A stretch of 64,000 bases of DNA from a virus (Duplodnaviria > Heunggongvirae > Uroviricota > Caudoviricetes): the IMG/VR virus record IMGVR_UViG_2627854143_000002, one strand, 5' to 3'. Both the position numbers and the translations under genes were made by a program. Shown one piece after another: positions 1 to 9,116 of the stretch (the first letter of the stretch is position 1; the number at the start of each line of letters is the position of its first letter). Under the pieces are notes generated by a model that saw nothing but the letters and a program-made list of their open reading frames with translations, made no database searches and was not told the DNA's origin.

Positions 1-240
1 GCGGCGCGTGGTTACGCGCTCGTGAAGTTGCCGAGCGCCGTTGACTGCTGCGACGCCGCGATCGTCGAGCTGATGGGCAAGGCGTGGTCGACGCACGGCG
101 ACGTCGGACAGGAGATCGTGAAGACGCTCGAAGACGGCCGTGTCGAGCGGCACGAGATCGAGCGCGTGGATCACCGAATTTTCAAGCACGCGCAGGTGCT
201 TCTCGATATCTCCGCGCGGCTGCGCGGCATGGCCGAGTAG
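1..240 (+). CDS. 5'-truncated hypothetical phage protein (C-terminal 79 aa in frame 1, stop at 238-240)
   Basis: Open frame from window start, ending in MAE*; no recognisable motif. Confidence 0.35.
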   Translation, partial: AARGYALVKLPSAVDCCDAAIVELMGKAWSTHGDVGQEIVKTLEDGRVERHEIERVDHRIFKHAQVLLDISARLRGMAE

Positions 241-250
241 TGGGGAGCGC

Positions 251-1472
251 TTGAGTGTCGCCTACTACAACGAGCACGATCAAGTCGCCGCGGAGTGGCT
301 GCGCAACCTCGTTGCGGCAGGCCACATCGCGCCCGGTGACGTCGACGAACGCGACATCCGCGACGTGCATCCCGACGACCTTCGTCCATACGCCCAGTGC
401 CATTTCTTCGCAGGCGTCGGCGTCTGGTCCTACGCGCTTCGTCGCGCCGGATGGCCCGACGATCGACCTGTTTGGACGGGTTCCTGTCCGTGCCAACCTT
501 TCTCCGCGGCAGGCAAAGGACTTGGATTTGATGATGAGCGGCACCTGTGGCCTGCGTGGTACTGGCTCATCGGCGAGCGCCGCCCTGCAATCGTCTTTGG
601 AGAGCAGGTTGCGAGCTCGGCTGTCGACCCTTGGATCGACCTTGTTCAAGCTGACGTGGAAGCGCTGGACTACGCCTATGGGTGTGTCCCGTTTCCGTCT
701 GCGGGCGTCGGTGCTCCGCACATCCGCGACCGGGCGTACTGGATGGCCTACGCCTACGGCCGCGCTCGCAGAGAAAGGCGTGCGCACGTTCGAGAGGGGG
801 CTGATGGAAGCGATGCGCAATCATGGGCCGGATCTGGCGGCAGCGGCATGTCTGGCCGGCTGGCCGACACCGACAGTCGGCAACGCGGAGGGCTCGCAAT
901 CGTTCGAGGGCTTGAGCGCGACGGGCAAGACGCAGGACGGTCGCAAGGTAGCGGTGAGCCTGAATCACGTGGCGCAGTTCGCGGGATGGCCGACACCTAC
1001 GTCGACGGATTTCAAAGGCGCACCGTCGAAACCGTATTCGGAGCGGGGCGGCGGCAAAAAGGGGATGCGCCTGGACGCAGCGGCACACCACTGGCTCGCA
1101 GGCTGGCCGACACCCACATCAACGGATGCGCTCCGGAATCCGGCTGCGCAGTTCTCGACGACGAACATCGCGTTGAACCACACGGCGGCGCTCCTGAAGG
1201 ACAACCCCATGCCGGCTCGACTAACGGCTTCTGGCGAGCTGCTGACTGGCTCCTGTGTCGGGATGGAAAGTGGAGGCCAGTTGAATCCGGCACATTCCCG
1301 CTGGTTGATGGGTCTGCCGGTCGCATGGGACGAGTGCGCGCCGATCAAGCGCGCCTCGCCGCGCTTCGTCCACGGAAAGACCAAGGCAGCCGCCAAGGCC
1401 GACTCCGAGGGTACGGCAACGCGATCAACGCGGAAGCGGCGGTTGCGTGGATCGAAGCGTGCCGAGGAGTGA
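251..1472 (+). pseudogene. DNA (cytosine-5)-methyltransferase with an apparent frameshift near 740-790 (N-terminal part in frame 2, C-terminal part in frame 3)
   Basis: Frame 2 carries motif I-like FAGVGVWS, motif IV SCPCQPFSAAGK, ENV-like FGEQV and motif VIII-like GAPHIRDRAYW. Frame 3 carries four AGWPTPT repeats and a C-terminal [17 protein letters not shown] motif. TTG 251 start gives LSVAYYNEHD. Confidence 0.6.
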
Positions 1473-1476
1473 TCGG

Positions 1477-2478
1477 ATGAACTGGCTCGATCAATCCCAC
1501 CGCGGAGACTGCCGTGACCTGATGCGCGCGATGATCGCCGACGGCGTGCGTGTGCAGACGATCGTGACGTCGCCGCCGTACTGGGGCCTTCGCTCGTATC
1601 TGCCTGACGGACATCCCGACAAGGGCAGGGAGATCGGCAGCGAGCCGACACTGCGCGAGTTCATCGACACGCTCGTCGGCGTGTTCGAGCTCTGCCGCCA
1701 ACTGCTCGTGGACGACGGGACGCTCTGGCTGAACATGGGCGATGCCTATGCCTCATCGGGCGGACAGACGCCGATGCGCGGTGAGACGTTTGCCGGGCGC
1801 GCTCGCGCTAAGGAGAACATCTGCCTGAGCAACAGGAAAGCGGGCATCGACGGTCTGAAGGTCAAGGATCTGATGGGCCAGCCGTGGCGTCTTGCGTTTG
1901 CATTGCAGGATGCCGGCTGGTATCTCCGACAGGACATCATCTGGCACAAGCCGAACCCGATGCCCGAGAGCGTGCGCGACCGCTGCACTAAGGCACACGA
2001 ATATCTGTTCCTGCTGAGCAAGAGTGAGCGCTACTACTACGATCAGGACGCAATCCGCGAGCCTCTGGCTGAAAAGACGTTCACCACGTTCGGCACGAAG
2101 CATCGCGCGCAGGGCAACGACAGTCTCGGTGCCGTGAAGTCCGACAACTGGGGGCGCACTGTCAAGGAGCGGCAACCCAAACTTACGGCTGATGGCGAGA
2201 TCGCGGGCGCGAACAAACGCTCGGTCTGGACGATCGCCACGAAGCCATATAAAGGCGCTCACTTCGCGACCTTCCCGGAGGAACTCGTCGAACCCTGTGT
2301 GCTCGCCGGTAGCCGGTCGGGCGATGTCGTCTTCGATCCGTTCTTCGGCAGCGGCACGACCGGACAAGTAGCGCAGCGCCTCGGCCGCCGTTTCATCGGC
2401 TGCGAACTCAACCCGGACTATGAGCCGCTGCAACGCGATCGTCTGCGGCAGCCGGGATTCGTTTTGGAGGTCATGTGA
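1477..2478 (+). CDS. N6-adenine/N4-cytosine DNA methyltransferase (SPPY motif, beta class)
   Basis: TSPPYW motif (DPPY variant), downstream [10 protein letters not shown] AdoMet-binding motif; RBS GAGGAG 1465-1470; 4 nt after upstream stop. Confidence 0.8.
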   Translation: MNWLDQSHRGDCRDLMRAMIADGVRVQTIVTSPPYWGLRSYLPDGHPDKGREIGSEPTLREFIDTLVGVFELCRQLLVDDGTLWLNMGDAYASSGGQTPMRGETFAGRARAKENICLSNRKAGIDGLKVKDLMGQPWRLAFALQDAGWYLRQDIIWHKPNPMPESVRDRCTKAHEYLFLLSKSERYYYDQDAIREPLAEKTFTTFGTKHRAQGNDSLGAVKSDNWGRTVKERQPKLTADGEIAGANKRSVWTIATKPYKGAHFATFPEELVEPCVLAGSRSGDVVFDPFFGSGTTGQVAQRLGRRFIGCELNPDYEPLQRDRLRQPGFVLEVM

Positions 2479-3437
2479 GCGAGCGCCCAACCCTCCACGT
2501 CGTTTCTCTGTCCGGCGGCAAGGACAGTACCGCGACGCTGCTCGTCGCGCTCGAGCTGCACGGACACGAGAACGTCCGTGTCGCAATGGCGGATACAGGC
2601 AACGAGCACCGTCTTACCTACGAGTATGTCGACTATCTCGAAGACGTCCTGTCGATCCCGGTGGCGCGTCTCAAGCGTGACTTCACTCCCGAGTGGTGGC
2701 ATCGGCGCGACTACGTTCGCGACAAGTGGCCGGAGAAGGGTGTTCCTGAGAACGTCGTCCTGCGCGCCTTAGCCGTGTTCGAGCGTGGGCCGACCGGCAT
2801 CCCCTTCCTCGACCTTTGCATCATCAAGGGGCGCTTCCCGAGCCGCATGGCTCAGTTCTGCACGTACTTCCTCAAGACTGAGCCTCTGAATGAGTACGCG
2901 CTGAACCTGATCGATGAGGCGGGTGTTGCTGTGTGGTCTTGGCAAGGTGTCCGCATCGAGGAGAGCGAGGCGCGCCGCAACCGCCTGCAGGGCACAGGGG
3001 CATGCGTCCGATCGTTTGAAGAGGTCGGCGGGGGGCTGTTCATCTATCGGCCGGTGTTGCGCTGGACGGCCGAATCCATATTCGAAGCGCACCGCGTAGC
3101 CGGTATCAGACCGAACCCGCTCTACCTGCAAGGCCGCAAGCGCGTCGGTTGCCTCTGCATCAATGCTGGTAAAGACGAGATCCGGCAATGGGATATGCGT
3201 GACCGCGACCACATCGAGATGATCGCCGAGTGGGAAGGCATCGTTTCGGATGCGTCGAAGCGTGGCAACTCCACCTTCTTCCCGGCCCCAGGCGAGACGG
3301 ACACGGCGCGGGAGCGAGGAAACATCTGGCAAGTCGTCGAGTGGTCGAAGACGACTCGTGGCGGTCGGCAATACGACCTTCTCGCGGACGCCGAACCTGC
3401 GACGACGTGCTCGTCCGCATACGGGCTTTGCGAATAG
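2475..3437 (+). CDS. PAPS reductase family (PP-loop ATP pyrophosphatase) protein, IbrA/DndC-like
   Basis: [11 protein letters not shown]-loop motif near N-terminus; GTG start overlapping upstream stop; RBS GGAGG. Confidence 0.75.
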   Translation: MSERPTLHVVSLSGGKDSTATLLVALELHGHENVRVAMADTGNEHRLTYEYVDYLEDVLSIPVARLKRDFTPEWWHRRDYVRDKWPEKGVPENVVLRALAVFERGPTGIPFLDLCIIKGRFPSRMAQFCTYFLKTEPLNEYALNLIDEAGVAVWSWQGVRIEESEARRNRLQGTGACVRSFEEVGGGLFIYRPVLRWTAESIFEAHRVAGIRPNPLYLQGRKRVGCLCINAGKDEIRQWDMRDRDHIEMIAEWEGIVSDASKRGNSTFFPAPGETDTARERGNIWQVVEWSKTTRGGRQYDLLADAEPATTCSSAYGLCE

Positions 3438-3471
3438 CTCCATTCACAAACTATCTCAATAGGAGCCACTG

Positions 3472-4293
3472 ATGGCCAAAAACTCAATCGACGTCTACGG
3501 GGCATCGGGCAAGGGCAACGTCCTTTCGATGGACCCCGACAAGCTGACGCTCGTCACGGACCCGAAGCACCCGCTGTACGACCGGCGCGTACATCAGGCG
3601 CCGAACCCGAAGACGGTTCGGAACTACCGCGCGCAGGGCGTGCTTGAGCCGGTGCTCTTCTACAAAGACCCGGAGACAGGCGAGAACCTCGTGATCGACG
3701 GCCGTCGCCGCGTGATCAACGCGCGCGAGCTGAACCGTCAACTGATCGAGGCGGGCGAAGAGCCGATCACGATTCCGGCGATCCCGAAGCGCGTCATGCG
3801 CGACAGCGACAAGTCGTTTGTCGGAATGATGGTCAGCACGAACGAGATCCGCGAAGAGGACTCGCCGATCAACCGGGCCGAGAAGATGGCTCGCATGCTC
3901 GACGTCGGCCACACCGAGGATGCTATCGCCGTCGCGTTCGGTGTCGAGGTGCCGACCGTGCGCTCTGCTTTGAAGCTGCTCGACTGCTGCATGGCGGTGC
4001 GTGACGCTGTTGAGGCGGAACAGATCACTGTGTCGCACGCGCTGAAGCTTGCGAAGCTGTCGCCCGACGAGCAACGCGCGAAGGTTCAGGCGTTGATCGA
4101 TGCCGCTGACGGCAAGGAAGGGCACGCGCGCTCGCGTGCGCAGAAGGCCGTGCTCGGCGGTACGGCGGCACGCGTACGTCCGCGTAAGCAGATCGAGGCG
4201 GCGCTCGCGAAGGCGACAGGCGAGCGCTTGGCGGCGCTGCGATGGGTGCTCGGTATTGACGACGCGGAAAGCGCACAGGAGGCCGCCGAATGA
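3472..4293 (+). CDS. ParB-like nuclease domain protein (IbrB-like)
   Basis: VIDGRRRVINARE ParB box II-like motif; RBS AGGAG 3461-3465. Confidence 0.75.
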   Translation: MAKNSIDVYGASGKGNVLSMDPDKLTLVTDPKHPLYDRRVHQAPNPKTVRNYRAQGVLEPVLFYKDPETGENLVIDGRRRVINARELNRQLIEAGEEPITIPAIPKRVMRDSDKSFVGMMVSTNEIREEDSPINRAEKMARMLDVGHTEDAIAVAFGVEVPTVRSALKLLDCCMAVRDAVEAEQITVSHALKLAKLSPDEQRAKVQALIDAADGKEGHARSRAQKAVLGGTAARVRPRKQIEAALAKATGERLAALRWVLGIDDAESAQEAAE

Positions 4294-4550
4294 GTTTCGA
4301 GCACCTCAACCGCGCTATGCGCGAGCAGTTCCCGCCGACGGCCAAGGTGATCCTGATCTTTCTGGCGCGGTTGGCCGACGAGCAGGGGAATTGCGATCCG
4401 TCGATCGACGCCATTGCGGAATTCGCGGGCGTGACGCGCGTGACCGTGTCGTCGACCCTTCGCACGTTGGAGGAGGCCGGTGCGCTGCGCATTACGCGCC
4501 GGCCCGGTCACCCGAGCGCCTATCGCTTGACTCTCGGGAGAGCGTCTTGA
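4290..4550 (+). CDS. winged-HTH DNA-binding protein (replication-initiator N-terminal-domain-like)
   Basis: ATGA overlap with upstream stop; HTH-like segment IDAIAEFAGVTRVTVSSTLRTLEEAG. Confidence 0.5.
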   Translation: MSFEHLNRAMREQFPPTAKVILIFLARLADEQGNCDPSIDAIAEFAGVTRVTVSSTLRTLEEAGALRITRRPGHPSAYRLTLGRAS

Positions 4551-4703
4551 CTCCGACCGACATCAAAGAGCCCGTTCCGGCGCGCGCTGGCGAAGTGACG
4601 CCCGTTGCGGTGACAGCTCGCGCAGCGGCCACGCGTACGTGTCTGTCATGTGGCGCAAAGACTGACGCTCACGGCGCGTTGCCGTGCGGGCACTGAGGAG
4701 CCT

Positions 4704-5696
4704 ATGAGCGTCAAGGTTATGAACGCGGTGTTCGAGCGCTATCCGGAAGGCGGCGGCGAGATGATTCTCGCGCTGGCACTTGCGGACCATTCGCACGATG
4801 ACGGGACGCACATCTATCCGAGCGTCGACAAGTTGGCTGCGAAGACGCGCCAATCGCCGCGTGCAGTGCAGTACCAGCTTCGCCGGATGCAGCAGTCGGG
4901 CTGGCTAATTCTCGTGAGCGAGTCGAAGGGCGGGCGTGGGAATACGCGCGAATACCGAATCAATTCGGACTGGATAAACGGTGCAGAACTTGCGCCCATT
5001 TCGTCGGGTTCAAAGGGTGCAAAAAATGCACCCAATGGAAAGGGTGCAAACGACGACGTAAAGGGTGCAACTGGCGACATAAAGGGTGCAAATCACAGCA
5101 CTAAAGGGTGCAAAGCTTTTGCACCCGAATCATCAGGAACCGTCATAGAACCATCAGAGAACCATCAACCCGCGCGGCGTGCGCCGCGAGTTGCGTTGCA
5201 TGGCGAACTGCGATCAATCGAGCTGCCCGACTGGTTGCCCGTCGACGCGTGGCTTGACTGGTGCGAGCACCGCGAGGCGAAAGCGGCGGAGAAGTCGGCG
5301 CCGTGGACACGCCCGGCGGCGAAGGTGTCGCTGCGCCGCCTCGAGAAGCTGAGAGAGCTTGGGCATGCCCCGGCGGACTGCATCGACGAAGCGGTATTGC
5401 GCGGCTGGACGGGGCTGTTCCCGGTAAAGCCGGACGGCGCGGCGACGAGCGGGCAGGACGTTCCTTCCGACTGGCACAAGAGCGCGCAAGGTGTCACTGA
5501 CCGCGGTAAGCAACTCGGCATCGAGCAGCGCGAGGGCGAAGTGTTCATGCGTTTTAAGGCGCGCGTCGTCAAGGCGGACGGGCCCGGCGAGGCGATGGAG
5601 GAAATGCTTCGCGAGGCTGGTCGCTTTGGGAATGAGACCTACGAGCAGTTGTACCGGTACTTCAACGACATCCCGCGCGATCAGGAGGCGACGTGA
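4704..5696 (+). CDS. phage replication initiator-like protein (N-terminal wHTH; iteron origin embedded in the linker-coding region)
   Basis: RBS GAGGAG before ATG 4704; N-terminal HTH similar to the preceding ORF; linker encodes KGA-x-x repeats matching the DNA iterons. Confidence 0.55.
   Translation: MSVKVMNAVFERYPEGGGEMILALALADHSHDDGTHIYPSVDKLAAKTRQSPRAVQYQLRRMQQSGWLILVSESKGGRGNTREYRINSDWINGAELAPISSGSKGAKNAPNGKGANDDVKGATGDIKGANHSTKGCKAFAPESSGTVIEPSENHQPARRAPRVALHGELRSIELPDWLPVDAWLDWCEHREAKAAEKSAPWTRPAAKVSLRRLEKLRELGHAPADCIDEAVLRGWTGLFPVKPDGAATSGQDVPSDWHKSAQGVTDRGKQLGIEQREGEVFMRFKARVVKADGPGEAMEEMLREAGRFGNETYEQLYRYFNDIPRDQEAT
5012..5167. repeat. candidate phage origin: 5 direct iterons AAAGGGTGCAA plus flanking inverted half-sites plus 3 x GAACCRTCA
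   Basis: Iterons at 5012, 5039, 5060, 5081, 5103; inverted arms GGGTGCA/TGCACCC at 5015-5033 and 5106-5126; 9-mers at 5137, 5148, 5159 (11-bp spacing). Confidence 0.6.
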
Positions 5697-6229
5697 CGAA
5701 GCGCGCTTCACGGCAGCTCGTCGTTCCCGAGGGTACGGCGATGGTTGGCACGACACGCGTGCGCGACGACCGAACTATCGGTCGCAGCTTCGCCGAGCGC
5801 GAGCTGGCGCGCCGCACGGGCAAGCAGCCGAACTCCGAATTCGACGAAATCGCATCCGGCGACCTCGACCGGCCACTCTTCACGCCGGTAACGACGGCGA
5901 AGCGCTCGAAGTACCGCAACACGAAGTGCGAGCACGACGGCATCAGGTTCGACAGCAAGCGCGAGCGGTCGCGATGGTTCGAGTTGATCAAGCAACAAGA
6001 CGTCGGGCTGATCAGCGGTCTTCGGCGTCAGGTCGTCTTCGAGCTCGCACCCGGTGTGGTCATCGCAAGTCGGAAGCGCCCGGCGCTGCGTTACATCGCC
6101 GACTTCGTCTATACGCGAGACGGAGTGCAGATCGTCGAGGACGTGAAAGGCGCGATCACGGGCGAATACCGGATCAAGCGCCACCTGATGAAGTCGGTAC
6201 ATGACATCGACATTTCTGAAATCAAGTAG
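5693..6229 (+). CDS. DUF1064-family phage protein (putative nuclease/resolvase-like)
   Basis: KYRNTKCEHDGIRFDSKRE...YIADFVY pattern typical of DUF1064; GTG start overlapping upstream stop. Confidence 0.6.
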   Translation: MTKRASRQLVVPEGTAMVGTTRVRDDRTIGRSFAERELARRTGKQPNSEFDEIASGDLDRPLFTPVTTAKRSKYRNTKCEHDGIRFDSKRERSRWFELIKQQDVGLISGLRRQVVFELAPGVVIASRKRPALRYIADFVYTRDGVQIVEDVKGAITGEYRIKRHLMKSVHDIDISEIK

Positions 6230-6238
6230 GGAGGAGGG

Positions 6239-6583
6239 GTGACAACAGCGAGCATGAACCCGCAAGAGCGGCGGATCTGCAACTTCGTGAAGAACAATCC
6301 GGGCCGCACGGTGCTCGAGATTGCCGACGCGATCGACGAGAACCCGTCGACGACGAAGAAGCGCACGCCGCGGCTGGTCGAGCACGGCTATCTGCGGAAG
6401 GTCGGACGCCGGCGGCCATACGGCTATCGATGGACGGGGAAACCGTTTCCGGAGGTCATTCTCTCGTGGCGCGATCGTGAGCAGATCCGCGTCGCCGAGC
6501 AGCGCAGTGCGCGCGAACGTTCGATTCAGCTCGCTACGTTCGTTATCGGCGAAATGGTGCGGCGGGCGAGGGGAATTGCATGA
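6239..6583 (+). CDS. hypothetical small winged-HTH protein
   Basis: GGAGGAGGGG RBS region; MarR-like wHTH segment GRTVLEIADAIDENPSTTKKRTPRLVEHGYL. Confidence 0.45.
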   Translation: MTTASMNPQERRICNFVKNNPGRTVLEIADAIDENPSTTKKRTPRLVEHGYLRKVGRRRPYGYRWTGKPFPEVILSWRDREQIRVAEQRSARERSIQLATFVIGEMVRRARGIA

Positions 6584-6951
6584 AGGTCAGCGAATTGATT
6601 GGCGCAGAACTCGACTGCTGGGTCGCACGTGCTCGGGGTAGAGAGGCGGAGGTCATCGACGGTAAGGCGACCATTGTCCGCGTACGCATCGGATTCTTGA
6701 ACGGTACCGAAGAGGGGACCCACGTTATCCGTGGACCCTATCAGCCGTCGACGCGTTGGGAAGACGGCGGCGAGCTTATCGAACGCGCACGAATTACCGT
6801 CGCGCCGAAATACCGAGGAGCCGAGTGGGGTGCATACATCCGGAACTGCTGCTATGAGTCCGACGATCCAGACCAAACTGGCCCTACACCGCTGATAGCA
6901 GCAATGCGTGCTTTCGTGGCCTGGAAGTTCGGTGACGAGGTAGAGGCATGA
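6580..6951 (+). CDS. DUF2591-like phage protein
   Basis: N-terminus MKVSELIGAELDCWVARARG resembles DUF2591; overlaps upstream stop. Confidence 0.45.
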   Translation: MKVSELIGAELDCWVARARGREAEVIDGKATIVRVRIGFLNGTEEGTHVIRGPYQPSTRWEDGGELIERARITVAPKYRGAEWGAYIRNCCYESDDPDQTGPTPLIAAMRAFVAWKFGDEVEA

Positions 6952-7391
6952 AGCGAGCCGGATTCAAGCCGCGCAAGAAGCCGATGTCGCGCGGATCGTG
7001 GTCCCGAAGAAGCTCGCCGCTTCCCGAGCGGCCCCCGCGAGAGATGGCGATGAGGAGCCGCCCGAGACGGCCTGCCGTCGTAGAGGGTCTGAAGTATCTG
7101 AAGGCGTGTCGCGGCGAACCGTGCTTTCTACGTGTGCCGGGTGTGTGCCGTCTTAACCCACTAGACGAAACTGTCGTACCGTGCCACTCGAACCAATCGC
7201 GCCACGGGAAGGCCGGGGCGATGAAGGCGAGAAACGAATTTACGGTTCCCGGTTGCGTCGCGTGTCACGCGTGGATCGATCAGAACCGGGTCGGCACGCC
7301 GAAGCAGGCCAAGTTCGATGTGTGGGATCGGGCATTCGAAGAATGGGCGCCGGTACGGGCCCGAAAGATGGGAGAAGCAAATTGCCAGTGA
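6948..7391 (+). CDS. DUF1364/YbcO-like phage protein (Cys/His-rich, putative nuclease)
   Basis: CxxC...H...C pattern (KACRGEPCF, VPCHSN, GCVACHAW); ATGA overlap. Confidence 0.45.
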   Translation: MKRAGFKPRKKPMSRGSWSRRSSPLPERPPREMAMRSRPRRPAVVEGLKYLKACRGEPCFLRVPGVCRLNPLDETVVPCHSNQSRHGKAGAMKARNEFTVPGCVACHAWIDQNRVGTPKQAKFDVWDRAFEEWAPVRARKMGEANCQ

Positions 7392-7393
7392 GG

Positions 7394-7726
7394 ATGTGGG
7401 TTGAGATTCCGGACGGCTCGTATAGCGTGCCGAGACATCGCGGACGTGGCGGAATTATCGTCTGTGAGCGGAAGCGCGAGATCGACGCGACAGTATTTCG
7501 AATCGCTCGAATCGCTACCGTTAAGCGCCAGTTGGTCACGGCCGTCGAGGTGGATGCGTTTATTCCCGAAATGCACCGATCGCGCATCCCACAGTGCGAT
7601 GGCCGTTGGGTGGAGCCGGGCGTTTTCCGGACGAAGGCATACGCGTATCGAAACCGGAGCTCGCGTGTGCTCGGCGCGTTCATCAAGAGTGGTGATGATG
7701 CATGGGACGTGCGGGGGATGTCGTGA
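7394..7726 (+). CDS. hypothetical phage protein
   Basis: ATG 7394 just after upstream stop; protein-like composition. Confidence 0.4.
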   Translation: MWVEIPDGSYSVPRHRGRGGIIVCERKREIDATVFRIARIATVKRQLVTAVEVDAFIPEMHRSRIPQCDGRWVEPGVFRTKAYAYRNRSSRVLGAFIKSGDDAWDVRGMS

Positions 7727-7962
7727 GCGCCTATCTCTACTTCGACCAGGGCGAGATTGCGGAGCCCGTGGCAAAGATGGCGGTGCGTCGCAACGAAGCA
7801 AGCACGGGTCGCCGCGTCATCGCGTTTCCGGGCTGTCCGCTCGAAGGCGTCGAACTCAAGGGCGGCCAAATCGAGATGCGGTTTCCACGCAGCGAGGAGA
7901 TACGCACTGTCCTGATTAACTGGCTGATGTACTGGGGAATCCCGTTTCGAGTCCTGCCATGA
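7702..7962 (+). CDS. hypothetical phage protein
   Basis: ORF in gene-dense phage operon; start uncertain. Confidence 0.35.
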   Translation: MGRAGDVVSAYLYFDQGEIAEPVAKMAVRRNEASTGRRVIAFPGCPLEGVELKGGQIEMRFPRSEEIRTVLINWLMYWGIPFRVLP

Positions 7963-8402
7963 ACGAGCAAAACGAACCGACGATCGACGAGAGCAACCAG
8001 ATAGAGGAACTGCTCGACGAGTGGTACGACTGGCAATCGGGATACACACCGAACCTCGGACATGGAAGGGTCGCCGCCACGTGCCGAGGCTTCGCCGAAG
8101 ACGACCGGACCGAAACGGAGGAGGAACGCGCAGAGAAGGCCGATCGGAAGGCGGCAAAGCGGCGCGCGGAACTGGTTGACGTCTGCGTCGATGCATTGGC
8201 GTGGCAGGAGCGCGCAGCGATTCAGCAGCACATGAAGGCGAAGCGCGTTAGCGAGATGAACCGGGAATGCGGTGCGCGCGTCTGGTTCAATCCTCGCCGG
8301 TCCGCTTTGCTGGACGCACACGCGACGTATCAGCAGGCGAAGCGGTCGATTCTTGGGCCGCTGAAGCGTCGCGGCCTGCTGAAGTGTCCCGAAATACTGT
8401 AG
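7959..8402 (+). CDS. hypothetical phage protein (its C-terminal 50 aa are duplicated at 61.1 kb)
   Basis: ATGA overlap; acidic N-terminus, basic C-terminus. Confidence 0.5.
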   Translation: MNEQNEPTIDESNQIEELLDEWYDWQSGYTPNLGHGRVAATCRGFAEDDRTETEEERAEKADRKAAKRRAELVDVCVDALAWQERAAIQQHMKAKRVSEMNRECGARVWFNPRRSALLDAHATYQQAKRSILGPLKRRGLLKCPEIL

Positions 8403-8414
8403 CTACAAAAAATA

Positions 8415-8443
8415 CTTGCAATTGTTATTAACCGTAACTACAA
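8415..8443 (+). promoter_or_regulatory. sigma70-like promoter (TTGCAA-17 bp-TACAAT) driving an apparently leaderless brnTA
   Basis: -35 TTGCAA 8415-8420, -10 TACAAT 8438-8443, ATG at 8452 with no RBS. Confidence 0.45.
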
Positions 8444-8451
8444 TAATTTGC

Positions 8452-8721
8452 ATGGACATCACCTTTGACCCGACCAAGAACAAAACGAACATTGCCAAGC
8501 ATGGAGTGTCGTTGGCGCTTGCAGCGCAACTCGACTGGTCGGACGTGTTGTCCTACGTGGACGACCGACGCGACTACAGTGAAGTGCGCGAAGTCGGGTT
8601 CGGTGTGATCGGCGATCGCCTCTATTGCGTGGTGTTCACGCAGCGCGGCGACTCGATGCACATCATCAGCATGCGTAAGGCGAACAAGCGGGAGGTCAAG
8701 AGCTATGTCGAGCAAGCGTAA
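8452..8721 (+). CDS. brnT: BrnT-family type II toxin (ribonuclease)
   Basis: MDITFDPTKN..KHGVSL N-terminus and ~89 aa size typical of BrnT; overlaps the downstream antitoxin gene. Confidence 0.75.
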   Translation: MDITFDPTKNKTNIAKHGVSLALAAQLDWSDVLSYVDDRRDYSEVREVGFGVIGDRLYCVVFTQRGDSMHIISMRKANKREVKSYVEQA

Positions 8722-8989
8722 GATCGTCATGCCGACGGACGAGGAAGACGCGGCAATCAACCGCGGCATCGCGGCCGATCCCGACACGTTCGAAGTGCCG
8801 GCGGAAGACTTCGCGAAGATGACGCGGCGAGGCAAGCGTGGTCGTCCGCCGCTCGAAGCGCCCAAGGTGCAATTGACCGTGCGCTATGACGTCGACATTG
8901 TCGACGCCTTCAAGGCAACGGGCGAAGGTTGGCAGACGCGCATGAATGATGCGTTGCGCGAGTGGCTGAGGGAACATCAGCCTGCGTAG
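8705..8989 (+). CDS. brnA: BrnA-family antitoxin
   Basis: 17-bp overlap with brnT; C-terminal RHH-like MNDALREWL. Confidence 0.75.
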   Translation: MSSKRKIVMPTDEEDAAINRGIAADPDTFEVPAEDFAKMTRRGKRGRPPLEAPKVQLTVRYDVDIVDAFKATGEGWQTRMNDALREWLREHQPA

Positions 8990-9078
8990 CGCTCGTTCGA
9001 CGACGCGATAAAAAGAGGTTGTAAACCGCGCCGCGTTTCGCTATATTGACGACGTCGGGCGCGAGGTGCGCCCAAATG

Positions 9079-9116
9079 AAGCCCGCAAGGTGAAAGCCTC
9101 GCGGGCTTTTTCGTTT
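9079..9116 (+). terminator. rho-independent terminator after brnTA
   Basis: GAAGCCCGCAAGG...CCTCGCGGGCTT stem followed by TTTTCGTTT. Confidence 0.5.

Noticed and set aside
140-1480. Single 446-aa ORF as an intact methyltransferase.
   Set aside because: Its second half (after about 750) is Arg/Gly-rich nonsense, while the overlapping frame 3 carries the GWPTPT repeats and a conserved C-terminus. I therefore called it a frameshifted gene, not one intact ORF.
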